From: an uncultured Pseudomonadota bacterium
GTDB taxonomy: Bacteria; Oederibacteriota; Muellerivitia; Muellerivitales; Muellerivitaceae
Assembly (NCBI GenBank): GCA_963836235.1
Contig: CAWIIP010000004.1
Coordinates: forward strand, 224,001-288,000
Reading direction: 5' to 3'
Length of the DNA stretch: 64,000 bases
The notes beneath the pieces were generated by a model, which was given only the letters and a program-made list of their open reading frames with translations, had not been told where the DNA came from and searched no databases. Each line of letters starts with the position of its first letter. The stretch's first letter is position 1. Shown here one piece after another: positions 38,563 to 50,478 of this stretch. Position numbers and translations under genes: made by a program.

Positions 38563-38817
38563 TCACTTAAACTTTTCTGCAAAGAGGTTATAAAGCCAGG
38601 CGAAGAGAACTCCGCCGATTCCCCCGTCCACCAGGGCGTAAACCAGACCGATCAGGCTTCCCATGGGGCTTATGTTGTAACCCCGGTAAATATGCCCAAT
38701 TCCAAAGAGGCCGTGGGTCGGCCCCTCAAAAAGAATGACCCACCAAGTCAGGAAGAAAAGCCCTACCCCCCATATTAAACTAAAAGTTAAACCGAATGCT
38801 TTGATGTTTAGCCTCAT
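38563..38817 (-). CDS. small two-TM membrane protein (often annotated 'bacteriophage holin')
   Basis: KAFGL..WG...Y.GY..S..GSLIG..YALVDG.IGG..FAWLYN. Confidence 0.75.
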   Translation of the reverse strand: MRLNIKAFGLTFSLIWGVGLFFLTWWVILFEGPTHGLFGIGHIYRGYNISPMGSLIGLVYALVDGGIGGVLFAWLYNLFAEKFK

Positions 38818-38902
38818 CGCATACTCCTTGAAACGAAAATTACGGACCCAGTTTGTTCCAACGGCTTCTCCGCTAAAGGTACTTTAATAATTACGAGGAG
38901 AT

Positions 38903-38918
38903 TATGATCGCTGTCACA
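38903..38918. promoter_or_regulatory. Crp/Fnr-type box (bidirectional)
   Basis: TATGATCGCTGTCACA; TATCCT (+, 38940) and TACCTT (-, 38881). Confidence 0.75.
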
Positions 38919-38955
38919 TCCATGGCATGGCATGGGAATTATCCTGGGACGGTAG

Positions 38956-40744
<1,789 letters not shown>

Positions 40745-40748
<4 letters not shown>

Positions 40749-41032
40749 CGCCCCCCAAGGACGTGGAAAAACTCCAGACCCAAGTCCGCAAGGATGTTTC
40801 CCGGATCAAGGGGGCCGAAAAGAACCGGCCCACCTTGCTGGCCCAAACCGCCTACCTGGGAACCTTAGGGATCGTCATCGCCCTGCCCATCGTGGCGGGG
40901 GCCTATCTAGGACATTGGCTAGATGAGAAACTTTCCGGGTTTTCCTTCAGTTGGACGGTCTGCCTGATCGTCCTGGGGGTCTTTATCGGCGCGACCAACG
41001 CCTATTTCTTCATCCGGAGGGGGGAATCATGA
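40745..41032 (+). CDS. atpQ: AtpZ/AtpQ-like protein
   Basis: LGTLGIVIALPIVAGAYLGHWLD. Confidence 0.85.
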
Positions 41033-41724
41033 TGTCCACCGGCCTCTTTCAAGGTGTTCTCATTCATATTGGGGTTTTTCAAATCACCGGAAGCCTGGTG
41101 GTGACTTGGCTGATTATGGCCGTCCTCGCGGTGGCCGCTTGGGCCATGACCCGCCGGTTGAAGGACAGCCCCGGAAGCCTCCAGGCCGCCCTTGAGGCCG
41201 TGGTGACCTTGATCGAGGACGCGATCGAGGAGGTTTTGCCCGGCAAATCCAAGCTGGTTTTTCCCTTTGTGGCCACCTTGTGGATCTTCATCGGCCTGGC
41301 CAACCTGATCGGCCTGTTGCCGGGCTTCAGTTCCCCCACCGGCGACCTTTCGGTGACCGCAAGCCTCGCCTGCCTGGTTTTCCTCTCGGTCCATTGGTTC
41401 GGCATCCGGTCGGAGGGCTGGCTGGGGTACCTGAAACACTATACGAGCCCCAGCCCCGTCCTGATTCCCTTCGAGTTGATCAGCGAGTTTTCCAGGACCT
41501 TAGCCCTGGCGGTCAGGCTTTTCGGCAACGTGATGAGCCTGCAGATGGCGGCGGCCTTGGTGCTGATGGTGGCGGGGTTCCTGGTTCCCATACCGCTCTT
41601 AATGCTTCACATCATCGAGGCTGTGATTCAAGCATACCTCTTCGGGATGCTTGCCTTGATTTACATCGCCGGGGGTATTCAATCGCAGGAACTCCGGCAT
41701 CAAAAAGAAGGAGGAAAATCATGA
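41029..41724 (+). CDS. atpB: ATPase subunit a
   Basis: SRTLALAVRLFGN, IQAYLF..L...YI. Confidence 0.95.
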   Translation: MMSTGLFQGVLIHIGVFQITGSLVVTWLIMAVLAVAAWAMTRRLKDSPGSLQAALEAVVTLIEDAIEEVLPGKSKLVFPFVATLWIFIGLANLIGLLPGFSSPTGDLSVTASLACLVFLSVHWFGIRSEGWLGYLKHYTSPSPVLIPFELISEFSRTLALAVRLFGNVMSLQMAAALVLMVAGFLVPIPLLMLHIIEAVIQAYLFGMLALIYIAGGIQSQELRHQKEGGKS

Positions 41725-41990
41725 ATGGAATGACATGGGTTGTCGTCGTCTCAACGGTGGTGGCGGGGTTTGGAATCGCCCTGGGGGCGATGTTTCCGGC
41801 CCTGGCCATGGGAAAAGCCATCAGCCAGGCGCTGGACGCCCTCTCAAGGCAGCCGGAAGCGGAAAAGTCGATCACCCGAACTTTGTTCGTGGGATTGGCC
41901 ATGATCGAGTCGCTGACCATCTATTGCCTGGTGGTGGTGCTCATCATCCTTTTCCGCAACCCCCTGCTCCAGTACCTGCTGAAGCCGTAG
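41721..41990 (+). CDS. atpE: ATPase subunit c
   Basis: RQPEA, LAMIESLTIY. Confidence 0.95.
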   Translation: MNGMTWVVVVSTVVAGFGIALGAMFPALAMGKAISQALDALSRQPEAEKSITRTLFVGLAMIESLTIYCLVVVLIILFRNPLLQYLLKP

Positions 41991-42007
41991 GAAAAGCGAG
42001 GCCCTTC

Positions 42008-42754
42008 ATGGAATTTAATTGGACGACCTTTCTCTTGGAAACGGTCAATTTCCTGGTCCTGGTTTGGATCCTGGAGCGGTTTTTTTACGCCCCGGTGAAG
42101 CGCATCATCGCCGAAAGGCGGGGCGCGATCGAGAAAAAAATCGAGGACGCCGAAAAAACCCGGACCGACGCCGATGAACTGCGCTTGAAGTACGAAAACC
42201 GCCTGAAGGACTGGGAACAGGAAAAGGCCCGTCAAAGGGAAGACTTCCAAAAGGTAATGGATGAGGAGAAGAACCGGCAAATGAAACTGTTGAAGGATTC
42301 CCTTGGAAAGGAAAAAGAAAGGGTGGAAGCCAGGGAACAAAAGCGACTTTCCGAAATTCTGGAAAAAAATGAAAGGGAAGCCGTCCGGCAGTCCTTGAAA
42401 TTCCTCTCCCGCATTTTGGAGGCTTTGGCGTGCCCGGAAATCGAGTTAAAAATGATCGAGTTCACCCTGAGAGCCATTTCCGATAAGGACTCCAAGGAAG
42501 CCGGGTTGATTCGTTCGGGTTTCGCAGGCACCGGAACCGAAGTGGCGGTCAAATCCGCTTTTGTTTTGAACGAGGATTGGAGGAACCGGCTGGCGCAAGC
42601 CTTGAAGGCGGCCTTGGGGAGGGAAGTGAAAGTGCTTTTCGCGACGGCGCCGGAGCTTCTCGCCGGGCTCGAAGTGACTTGCGGTTCGGTGGTTTTACAG
42701 GCCAACCTGCGGGACGAATTGCGGGCTTTCGAGGGGGAGAGCGGCCATGAATGA
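42008..42754 (+). CDS. atpF: ATPase subunit b with delta-like C-terminus
   Basis: [20 protein letters not shown], coiled coil, PELLAGLEV. Confidence 0.9.
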   Translation: MEFNWTTFLLETVNFLVLVWILERFFYAPVKRIIAERRGAIEKKIEDAEKTRTDADELRLKYENRLKDWEQEKARQREDFQKVMDEEKNRQMKLLKDSLGKEKERVEAREQKRLSEILEKNEREAVRQSLKFLSRILEALACPEIELKMIEFTLRAISDKDSKEAGLIRSGFAGTGTEVAVKSAFVLNEDWRNRLAQALKAALGREVKVLFATAPELLAGLEVTCGSVVLQANLRDELRAFEGESGHE

Positions 42755-44225
42755 CCTTGCCACGTCACCCTTATCCCGCCGTTCGGAGTGGATCGAAAGG
42801 TACCGTTTCGCGCCCAGGGCCAGGGAGGTCGGAAAGGTGGTTTCGGTGGGGGACGGCATCGTTTGGATCGAAGGGCTTCCCTCGGCGGCCATTGACGAGG
42901 TGCTGGACTTGGAAACCGGCGGTCATGGTCTGGTATTCCACCTGACTGAAAAACTGGTGGGGGCTATCCTGTTCAAACAAACCGAGAATCTTACGGCTGG
43001 GACGGGGGCCCGGCACGCGGCCCAGCGGCTGAAAATCCCGGTCGGGGACGCCCTTTTGGGGCGGGTGATCGATCCTTTGGGGATGCCCTTGGACGGGAAG
43101 GCTCCTCCCCTCTGTGAAGACGAAAATGAGATCGACGTCGCGTCGCCCCCCATCACCGCGAGGGATTTCGTGAACCGGCCTCTCCTGACGGGAAACAAGA
43201 TCATCGACGCCCTCATTCCCATCGGGAAGGGCCAACGCCAGCTTTTGATCGGCGACAACGGCTTGGGAAAAAGCTCCCTCGCCATTGATGCCGTGGCCAA
43301 CCAGAAGGGCAAGAACGTCTTGTGCGTTTACGTGCTGACCGGCCAAAAGCGCTCCAGCATCTTGAATACGATCCAAATGCTCAAGGACGCGGGAGCCTTG
43401 GACAACACGGTGCTGGTCGTCGGCGAAGCCACCGCCCTCCCGGGACTGCAATATATCGCGCCCTTCGCCGGATGCGCGGTGGCCGAATATTGGATGAGGC
43501 GGGGACGCGATACCTTGATCGTTTACGACGACTTGACGGCCCATGCCGACAGCTACCGGGAACTCTCCCTCCTTTTGCGAAGGCCGCCGGGGCGGGAGGC
43601 CTATCCCGCCGATATTTTTTTCCTGCATTCGAGGCTCTTGGAGCGGTCCACCTGCCTGTCCCCGGAATTAGGCGGGGGGAGCATGACCGCCCTGCCCATC
43701 ATCGAAACCAAGGAAGGGGAAATGGCTTCTTATATTCCCACCAACCTGGTTTCCATCACGGACGGCCAGATTTATTTTGACGCTGCCCTTTTTTCAGCCG
43801 GATTTTTGCCGGCCATTGACGTCACCAAGTCCGTTTCCCGGGTGGGCGGGGCGGCCCAGCCGAATGAAATCAAACTGGAAGCCGGGCGCATGAAGCTGGA
43901 TTACCTTCAATTCCTGGAACTGGAGGTTTTCACCCGTTTTGGCGCCAAGCTGGAGGCGGGTATGCAGAAAAAAATTAACCGGGGCCGCGTGCTGAGGGAA
44001 ATCCTCAAGCAAAGCCGCCTTACCCCGGTTTCGGTGGAATGCCAGATGGGCTGGCTTGTGGCATTCAACAACGGATTGTTGGATGGTGTCAGCCCGGAGG
44101 AAATCGGGGTTCAACTGGACCGTTTATTCCAATGGGTCGGCTCCCGGGAGTTGAAGCTTTCCGACTCCCGCGAAAGGTGGAGCGAGGTCCTGGCGGGTTG
44201 GAGAGGGGAAAAGGCGCCGCCATGA
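42747..44225 (+). CDS. atpA: N-type ATPase alpha subunit
   Basis: [29 protein letters not shown]. Confidence 0.95.
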   Translation: MNDLATSPLSRRSEWIERYRFAPRAREVGKVVSVGDGIVWIEGLPSAAIDEVLDLETGGHGLVFHLTEKLVGAILFKQTENLTAGTGARHAAQRLKIPVGDALLGRVIDPLGMPLDGKAPPLCEDENEIDVASPPITARDFVNRPLLTGNKIIDALIPIGKGQRQLLIGDNGLGKSSLAIDAVANQKGKNVLCVYVLTGQKRSSILNTIQMLKDAGALDNTVLVVGEATALPGLQYIAPFAGCAVAEYWMRRGRDTLIVYDDLTAHADSYRELSLLLRRPPGREAYPADIFFLHSRLLERSTCLSPELGGGSMTALPIIETKEGEMASYIPTNLVSITDGQIYFDAALFSAGFLPAIDVTKSVSRVGGAAQPNEIKLEAGRMKLDYLQFLELEVFTRFGAKLEAGMQKKINRGRVLREILKQSRLTPVSVECQMGWLVAFNNGLLDGVSPEEIGVQLDRLFQWVGSRELKLSDSRERWSEVLAGWRGEKAPP

Positions 44226-45043
44226 GCAAACTTTCCGATCTCAAGGCCCAGCTCCATACCTTGGGGGAAATCAATAGCATCTTGAACGCGATGAAAAACC
44301 TTTCCATCGTGGAAATGACCAAAATTTCACGCCTCTTGGCTACCCAAAGGAAGGTGGCGGAAAGCATCCAGGAAGCCTTGGCGGATTTTGAGTCTTTTTA
44401 CGGAACATTAGGGTCAAACCCGCCTGGGGAAGGGTTGCTTTGCGTCCTGATCGGGTCCGAGCGGGGTTTTTGCGGCGGGTTCAATGAGAAGATCGCGGCC
44501 CATTTGGAAAAGGTGGGAGCCGGTTATCTGGCCGTGCGGATTTTGACGGTGGGCCGGAAACTCGCGCTGAAGTTTGAGGGGGACCCCCGGCTGGCGGGGA
44601 CGATGGAGGGGCCCAGCGCCGCTGAGGAAATTCCCGCGACCATCTCCACCCTTTGCGACCGGTTGAAGGACTTCCCCGGCTTCCGTTGGATGATCATTCA
44701 TAATGACGGGGGTGAGGCCAATCTGAAGACCCTGGAAACCTGTCCTTTGGAAGTCAGGGGCCAGGAACCCAAGGCCCTCTTTCCTTTTCCGCCGCTTTTG
44801 AACCTGCCTTCAAATGAACTGTACCCTTTATTGCTGGAACAGCACCTTTTCGCGGTGCTCTACAGCCTCTTTTACCTTTCTTTCATGGTCGAAAACCGGG
44901 AAAGGCTTCGCCACATGGAAGGCGCGCTGGGGAAAATCGAGAAGGATTGGAATCGGATGAAATTGCGGGCGAACGCCCTCAGGCAGGAAGGCATCACCGA
45001 GGAGTTGGAGATTATCCTCTTGAGCGCGGGAGACGGGCGGTGA
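44222..45043 (+). CDS. atpG: ATPase gamma subunit
   Basis: [29 protein letters not shown]. Confidence 0.9.
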   Translation: MSKLSDLKAQLHTLGEINSILNAMKNLSIVEMTKISRLLATQRKVAESIQEALADFESFYGTLGSNPPGEGLLCVLIGSERGFCGGFNEKIAAHLEKVGAGYLAVRILTVGRKLALKFEGDPRLAGTMEGPSAAEEIPATISTLCDRLKDFPGFRWMIIHNDGGEANLKTLETCPLEVRGQEPKALFPFPPLLNLPSNELYPLLLEQHLFAVLYSLFYLSFMVENRERLRHMEGALGKIEKDWNRMKLRANALRQEGITEELEIILLSAGDGR

Positions 45044-45087
45044 GTTTGTTTTCAAGGCGGTATTTTTAAGAACTCTTTTCATAAATC

Positions 45088-45103
45088 TATGATGAGAGTC
45101 ATA
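45088..45103. promoter_or_regulatory. Crp/Fnr-type box
   Basis: TATGATGAGAGTCATA; TAGACT at 45125. Confidence 0.75.
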
Positions 45104-45146
45104 AGGTTCTTTGTTCTGTCCTCTTAGACTTAATTTTAGGAGGGCG

Positions 45147-47120
45147 ATGATGAGCCTGATCGAAGCCAAGGACCTTTTCAAAATCTATCACCTGGGCACG
45201 AATGAGGTGCGGGCGCTGGATGGGGTTTCCCTGACGGTGGAAGAGGGTGAATTCCTCGCCATCATGGGTCCTTCCGGGTCCGGCAAGTCCACCATGCTCC
45301 AAATATTGGGCCTCCTGGACACGCCTGATTCGGGTTCCTATAAGCTGTTGGGAAAGGAAGTTTCCACCCTTACTGAGGATGAACTGGCGGTCATCCGAAG
45401 CCAGACCCTTGGCTTCGTGTTCCAGACTTTCAACCTCTTATCCCGCACCAACGCCCTTGAAAACGCCGCCTTGCCCCTGCTTTATGCCGATCCCCATGAT
45501 CCCCACGACGATCCTAAAATGCTTTTGGAAGAAGTGGGCTTGTCTAAAAGGGAAGACCACCGGCCCAACGAGCTTTCGGGAGGACAACAACAGAGGGTGG
45601 CCCTGGCGAGGGCCCTGGTCAACCGGCCCAAACTGATCATGGCGGACGAGCCGACGGGCAACCTGGATACCAAAAGCTCCCTTGAAATTATCGGGCTCCT
45701 GGAAAAACTGAACTCGGAAGGCATCACCGTCATCATGGTCACCCATGAGGAGGATATCGCCCGGCACGCCCACCGTATTATTCATATGCGGGATGGGAAA
45801 ATCGTCGAGGACCTCAAAGGTTCCGGTTCCACCCTCAAAACCGCGGAAGGGCGGACGCCGAAAGTTTCGGTTGAAACAAAGGCCTTTACCGCCTTCAACC
45901 CTAAAAGGGTGGAGGAGTATTTTCACCAGGCTTTCCGGGCTCTGATGGCCAACAAGGTCCGGGCGGCCCTTTCGTTCCTGGGCATCCTCATTGGGGTGGG
46001 GGCGGTTATCACCATGCTGGCCATCGGGACGGGTGCCCAAAAATCCATGCAGGAGCAAATGGCCTCCCTAGGAACTAATTTAATCGTCCTGGTTCCGGGG
46101 TCCATCCAGGTGGGGGGAATCCAGCAGGGGACCGGCTCCTGGAGCCGCATCCTGCCGCAATACGCCCTGGCCATGGCCGAGGTTCCCATGGTCAAGGCGG
46201 TAGCCCCCGAAGTCACGGGGCGGGTCCAAACGACTTACGCGGACCAGAACTGGAACACCCTCTTGAGCGGCACCGCGCCCAGTTACGCCGAGATGAGGGA
46301 TGCCGAACCGATCTACGGGCGTTTTATCAATAACGACGACGTGGCCCGGCGCAAGAGGGTATGCCTGCTGGGCATGACGGTCATTAAACAACTTTTCGGC
46401 AAGGCCAATCCCATTGGAGAAGAGATAAAAATAAACCGGGTGAGTTTCCAGGTGATCGGGATATTACCGGTCAAAGGCTCCAACGGCTTCCAGGACCGGG
46501 ACGACCTGATCCTGGTGCCCTATACCACCGCTATGCACCGCCTTTTCGGAAAGCTTTACGTCAACCAGGTGGATATCGAGGTGGACAAACTGGAAGATAC
46601 GGACGCCTGCGGGGACGCCGCTAAGGCGTATATGATGAAACTCACGAACATCCCCAACCTGCCGGGCAACGAGAACGCCTACATGGTCCGCAATATGGCG
46701 GACATCCAAGCCATGTTCACCAACATGACCAAGATTATGACCCTGCTTTTATCCTGTGTGGCGGCCATCTCGCTGTTAGTCGGGGGCATCGGCATCATGA
46801 ACATCATGCTGGTTTCGGTCACCGAGCGCACGAAGGAAATCGGCCTTCGCAAGGCCATCGGCGCACGCCGCCTGGACATTCTCTCCCAGTTCCTGATCGA
46901 GGCCATGACCATCAGCCTCATGGGAGGAGTGGCGGGAATCCTGGTGGGATGGGGTTCTTCCATCGCCATTTCCCTCTTCGCGGGATGGCAAACCATTATT
47001 ACGCCCTTCTCCGTCATCATCTCCACCCTTTTTTCGGCGGTGGTGGGAATCGCGTTCGGCCTTTGGCCCGCCTATAAGGCATCACGCCTGAGCCCCATCC
47101 TGGCTCTTCGTTACGAGTAG
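45147..47120 (+). CDS. macB: MacB-like ABC transporter (ATPase-permease fusion)
   Basis: GPSGSGKS, LSGGQQQR, GGIGIMNIMLVSVTERTKEIG. Confidence 0.9.
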   Translation: MMSLIEAKDLFKIYHLGTNEVRALDGVSLTVEEGEFLAIMGPSGSGKSTMLQILGLLDTPDSGSYKLLGKEVSTLTEDELAVIRSQTLGFVFQTFNLLSRTNALENAALPLLYADPHDPHDDPKMLLEEVGLSKREDHRPNELSGGQQQRVALARALVNRPKLIMADEPTGNLDTKSSLEIIGLLEKLNSEGITVIMVTHEEDIARHAHRIIHMRDGKIVEDLKGSGSTLKTAEGRTPKVSVETKAFTAFNPKRVEEYFHQAFRALMANKVRAALSFLGILIGVGAVITMLAIGTGAQKSMQEQMASLGTNLIVLVPGSIQVGGIQQGTGSWSRILPQYALAMAEVPMVKAVAPEVTGRVQTTYADQNWNTLLSGTAPSYAEMRDAEPIYGRFINNDDVARRKRVCLLGMTVIKQLFGKANPIGEEIKINRVSFQVIGILPVKGSNGFQDRDDLILVPYTTAMHRLFGKLYVNQVDIEVDKLEDTDACGDAAKAYMMKLTNIPNLPGNENAYMVRNMADIQAMFTNMTKIMTLLLSCVAAISLLVGGIGIMNIMLVSVTERTKEIGLRKAIGARRLDILSQFLIEAMTISLMGGVAGILVGWGSSIAISLFAGWQTIITPFSVIISTLFSAVVGIAFGLWPAYKASRLSPILALRYE

Positions 47121-47179
47121 GCTCGAGGCAAGAGCCGACTGGTGATTTAATCGCGGATTTTAAAAACCAATTTTTTGAA

Positions 47180-47195
47180 TGTGATTCCCATCATA
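47180..47195. promoter_or_regulatory. Crp/Fnr-type box upstream of the ncRNA
   Basis: TGTGATTCCCATCATA; TATCAA(T) at 47217. Confidence 0.65.
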
Positions 47196-47228
47196 GTTCT
47201 ATTTCCGGTACTGTTGTATCAATAGAAC

Positions 47229-47638
47229 TGTAGAAGGTGTTCCAAGGTGAGGCACCCCTTGGGTGCGGCGGGGACTGAGGTCCCAAACCGAAAAGGAGCA
47301 CCGCCGTCGAAAGCTGGTGGAACTGGTAAGGGTTCCGGTTTTAAGCGCCTTATAGGCCGCTGCGGGGACTGAGGTCCCAAACCGTGAAGGAACCCGGCCT
47401 GGCGAAGCCGGTGAGATCCGCGGGATTTGGATGTCAACGGTTATGGCTTCTTGGTTGAGGTCCTGAAGCTGGGACTTTACGAAGTATTTTTTGGAGGTAT
47501 GTCGGAACAATCGTCGGAAAGGTTCACGGGTTGCGTTTCAATGACGCGGGGCAAAGGCCCAAAACTAACAAAGAACCTTGCTGAAGATGTCGCTGATGGT
47601 GGTTGAAGCCCCGGGGTACAGGGTCCCGGGGCTTTTTT
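47229..47638 (+). ncRNA. putative structured ncRNA with two tandem domains (family not recognised)
   Basis: Exact 23-nt repeat GCGGGGACTGAGGTCCCAAACCG at 47268 and 47362, covarying closing stems, own promoter and terminator, no convincing ORF. Confidence 0.6.
47606..47638 (+). terminator. intrinsic terminator
   Basis: AAGCCCCGGG...CCCGGGGCTTTTTT. Confidence 0.85.
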
Positions 47639-47683
47639 ATTTATGGGCAACGACTCCAGGGTTCTTGCCTATAAAACCTCGAA

Positions 47684-47699
47684 TGTGACCCCGGTCATG
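47684..47699. promoter_or_regulatory. Crp/Fnr-type box
   Basis: TGTGACCCCGGTCATG; GAAAAT at 47721. Confidence 0.65.
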
Positions 47700-47785
47700 T
47701 CCCATGTGGAAGATGAGAGAGAAAATTACATAGAGAAGTGAGAAAGAATTTATATTTCACGGGCTTTTTGGATTGAGAGGGAGCC

Positions 47786-48502
47786 ATGAAAATCGGAAGA
47801 AAAAACTGGGGCGCAAAGCCTATATTCAAGAACCGGGAAGAAGCGGCCTATCTCCTGGCTCGGAAACTATCGCCCTACCGGAAATGGAATCCCCTGGTCT
47901 TGGCGGTGCCCCGGGGCGGCGTCCCCATGGGAAAGATCATCGCCGACGAACTTCATGGGGAATTGGACGTGGTTTTGGTCCATAAACTTCGCGCCCCAGG
48001 TGACCCGGAATACGCCATTGGAGCCGTATCCGAGGGAGGAACCCTTTACCGTCCGCCCTTTCCCCAGCATCATTGGATCCCCAAGGATTACCTGGAACGG
48101 GAAATCCAAAATGAGCTTCACGCCTTGGAACAGAGACGAAAACTTTATACACCGCATCATATGGCCCATAGTCCCGCCAACCGGATCGTCATTCTGGTGG
48201 ATGACGGCATCGCCACGGGTTCCACCTTATTGGCGGCTATGGGGGAATTGGATACTCATAAGCCGGCCAAAGTGGTGGTAGCGGCCGCGGTGGCCCCTCC
48301 AGAGGCCGTTGAGAAATTAAAGACGGAAGCGGATGAAGTGTTGATTTTGACCGTGCGTCCTGATTTTCAAACGATCGGTGAGTTTTTCAACGACTTTTCC
48401 GAGGTTCCTGACACCGAGGTCATCCGGATATTGGCGGAGGAGTCGCGTCCAAAACCGGTTTTTTCGGTGGACGCCATTCCTTTGCGAGGGAGAATTCGAT
48501 GA
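47786..48502 (+). CDS. phosphoribosyltransferase (Rv0571c/Rv2030c-like)
   Basis: LAVPRGGVP, VILVDDGIATGST. Confidence 0.9.
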   Translation: MKIGRKNWGAKPIFKNREEAAYLLARKLSPYRKWNPLVLAVPRGGVPMGKIIADELHGELDVVLVHKLRAPGDPEYAIGAVSEGGTLYRPPFPQHHWIPKDYLEREIQNELHALEQRRKLYTPHHMAHSPANRIVILVDDGIATGSTLLAAMGELDTHKPAKVVVAAAVAPPEAVEKLKTEADEVLILTVRPDFQTIGEFFNDFSEVPDTEVIRILAEESRPKPVFSVDAIPLRGRIR

Positions 48503-49170
48503 GCGAGCATTACGCCTGGGAAAAACCTTTCTTCAAAAACCGGGAGGAAGCGGCCGAGCTTCTATCCGGAAGGCTGGTGGATTACAAAGGGCAAAATCCC
48601 TTAGTATTGGCCATTCCCCGGGGAGCGGTACCGATGGGTCGGATTATTGCCGATAGCTTGGGCGGGGAATTGGACTTGGTCCTCGTTCACAAGGTGGGGT
48701 CGCCCGAAAATCCGGAATCGGCCTTGGGGGCGGTGGGGGAAAACGGGGAATTTTACGAGGCGCCCTTTGCCCGGTCCTTGGGCTTTTCGGAAGAATCGCT
48801 TCAAAAAGAAATTCGGATTCAAACCGAAGCCTTAAAACAAAAACGAAAGTTTTATCTTCCCGGCAAGCCCATTTACAAAGCGGAAGGGAGGGTGGTCATC
48901 CTGATGGATGATGGAATCGCCACGGCTTCCACCGTCATGGCCGCCATCCGGGATATTCGCCACAAAGGGCCCTTAAAGGTGGTGGTGGCCTCGCCCGTAG
49001 CGCCCCCGGAAGCCGTGAATATCATCCGCCAGGAGGCCGATGAGTTGGTGATATTGACCGTCCAAACCGATTTCGCGATGGTCAGTGAATTTTTCGAGGA
49101 CTTCCGGCAGGTAAGCGACGAGGAAGTGTTAAAAAACCTAAAAAGCGTGGCGTCCTCTATCGGAAAATAA
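48499..49170 (+). CDS. phosphoribosyltransferase paralog
   Basis: LAIPRGAVP, VILMDDGIATAST. Confidence 0.9.
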   Translation: MSEHYAWEKPFFKNREEAAELLSGRLVDYKGQNPLVLAIPRGAVPMGRIIADSLGGELDLVLVHKVGSPENPESALGAVGENGEFYEAPFARSLGFSEESLQKEIRIQTEALKQKRKFYLPGKPIYKAEGRVVILMDDGIATASTVMAAIRDIRHKGPLKVVVASPVAPPEAVNIIRQEADELVILTVQTDFAMVSEFFEDFRQVSDEEVLKNLKSVASSIGK

Positions 49171-49207
49171 AAATTTATCAACAAAACCCACTTGTTGAAA
49201 AGACCCG

Positions 49208-50332
49208 TCAATTATTCACCGATTCCCTGGCCGCGAGGATTTCAGCGGGAACATAAGAACAAAAGGGGTCGGCGCCCATCACATCCCCGGTCAAGGCGTA
49301 GGCCCTGGCTCTGGAGCCGCCGCAAAGGCGGCGGTATTCACATCTTCCGCATTTGCCATTGAGGGAGTCCGTGTCCCGCAGTTTTTGAAAGAGGGGGCTT
49401 TCCCGGTAAATCTCGTTCAGGGGCTGGTCCTTCACGTTGCCGGCGGAAAGGGGCAGGAAACCGCTGGGGCAAACATCCCCCTTGTGGGAAATAAAAACGA
49501 ACCCCCGGCCATCACCCACCCCACGGGCGGTCCTCAAGAGAACCGGATCGGGTTGAAACTTCAGGGCTTCGGGAAGCTCCCGGGGCGTTATTCCATAATT
49601 CTGGAGGATCACCCTGCGAAAATGGTGGGCCTCGGTGGTTTTGATGTCGAACCAATTCATCTTCAAGATGTCATAAAGTTGGTTCAACACCTTTTCGGTT
49701 TCCTTGGCGTTCAAGGCTTGGCTTTTTTGCGCGCGGCCCGTTGGGACCAAGAAAAAAACAGACCATAGGGCGATGGAGAAGGGAACGATGGCCCTCGAGA
49801 TATCCCAAACCTGGCCCTGGTTGTGACGGCTAATGGTGGTGTTGATTTGAAGCTGGATGCCCAGTTCCCGGATTTGGCGGGAGGCTTCCAAAAACCGGTC
49901 AAAAGTCCCGGGGACGCCCCGGAAAGCGTCAAAGGTGGCGGCGTCGGCTCCATCCAGGGAAAGGGAAATGCGGCTCAAGCCCGCGTCCCGTAATTCCTTG
50001 AGACGGTCATAAGTTAAAAGCGGAGTGATGGAGGGGGCCAAGGCGAAGTTCATCCCGCGTTTAGCGCATTCCTTGACCAGCCGGGTCAAGTCCGGCCGTT
50101 TTAAGGGGTCCCCGCCGGTCATGACGAAAAGGGGGACACCCCAGTCGGCCAACTGGCGGATCAAATCGAGGGCCTGCTTGGTATCGAGTTCACCGGGATA
50201 GATTTGGGATTGGGCTTCGGCCCGACAATGCACGCAGGCCAAATCGCAGGCCCTCGTCGCTTCCCAAATGGCGATATAGGGGCGGTCGGCGTAACGGGCG
50301 GAAGGTTTTTGTAAGGTGGAGGATTTTTCCAT
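49208..50332 (-). CDS. radical SAM/SPASM protein (AhbC/D-NirJ-like)
   Basis: WEATRACDLACVHCRA, TGGDPL, CGRCEY..CGGSRARAY..DP.C. Confidence 0.9.
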   Translation of the reverse strand: MEKSSTLQKPSARYADRPYIAIWEATRACDLACVHCRAEAQSQIYPGELDTKQALDLIRQLADWGVPLFVMTGGDPLKRPDLTRLVKECAKRGMNFALAPSITPLLTYDRLKELRDAGLSRISLSLDGADAATFDAFRGVPGTFDRFLEASRQIRELGIQLQINTTISRHNQGQVWDISRAIVPFSIALWSVFFLVPTGRAQKSQALNAKETEKVLNQLYDILKMNWFDIKTTEAHHFRRVILQNYGITPRELPEALKFQPDPVLLRTARGVGDGRGFVFISHKGDVCPSGFLPLSAGNVKDQPLNEIYRESPLFQKLRDTDSLNGKCGRCEYRRLCGGSRARAYALTGDVMGADPFCSYVPAEILAARESVNN

Positions 50333-50402
50333 TTTGAGCTCCTATGTGTTGAAGGGTTATCAACAGGTTTCAATTAATTTAAGGGACTAAAGGAGCCGCC
50401 AG

Positions 50403-50418
50403 TATGATGCCCGTCATA
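50403..50418. promoter_or_regulatory. Crp/Fnr-type box
   Basis: TATGATGCCCGTCATA; TAAATT (-, 50381). Confidence 0.75.
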
Positions 50419-50478
50419 ATCCGAGTTCCGAAGCGGTGTTGAGATGATCATGGAATGTAAATAAAAAGGCGGGAAAAC

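Noticed and set aside
38563-38817. Prophage lysis gene
   Set aside because: No endolysin or phage genes nearby; it shares a Crp/Fnr box with the ATPase operon
47268-47384. Mini CRISPR array
   Set aside because: Only two repeats, a 71-nt structured spacer and no cas genes
47229-47638. Known riboswitch (M-box from AGGUGAGGC, ykkC from AGGGUUCCG, glycine from CCGAA..GGAGCA)
   Set aside because: Only short fragments match and the remaining conserved cores are absent; the downstream gene has its own promoter box
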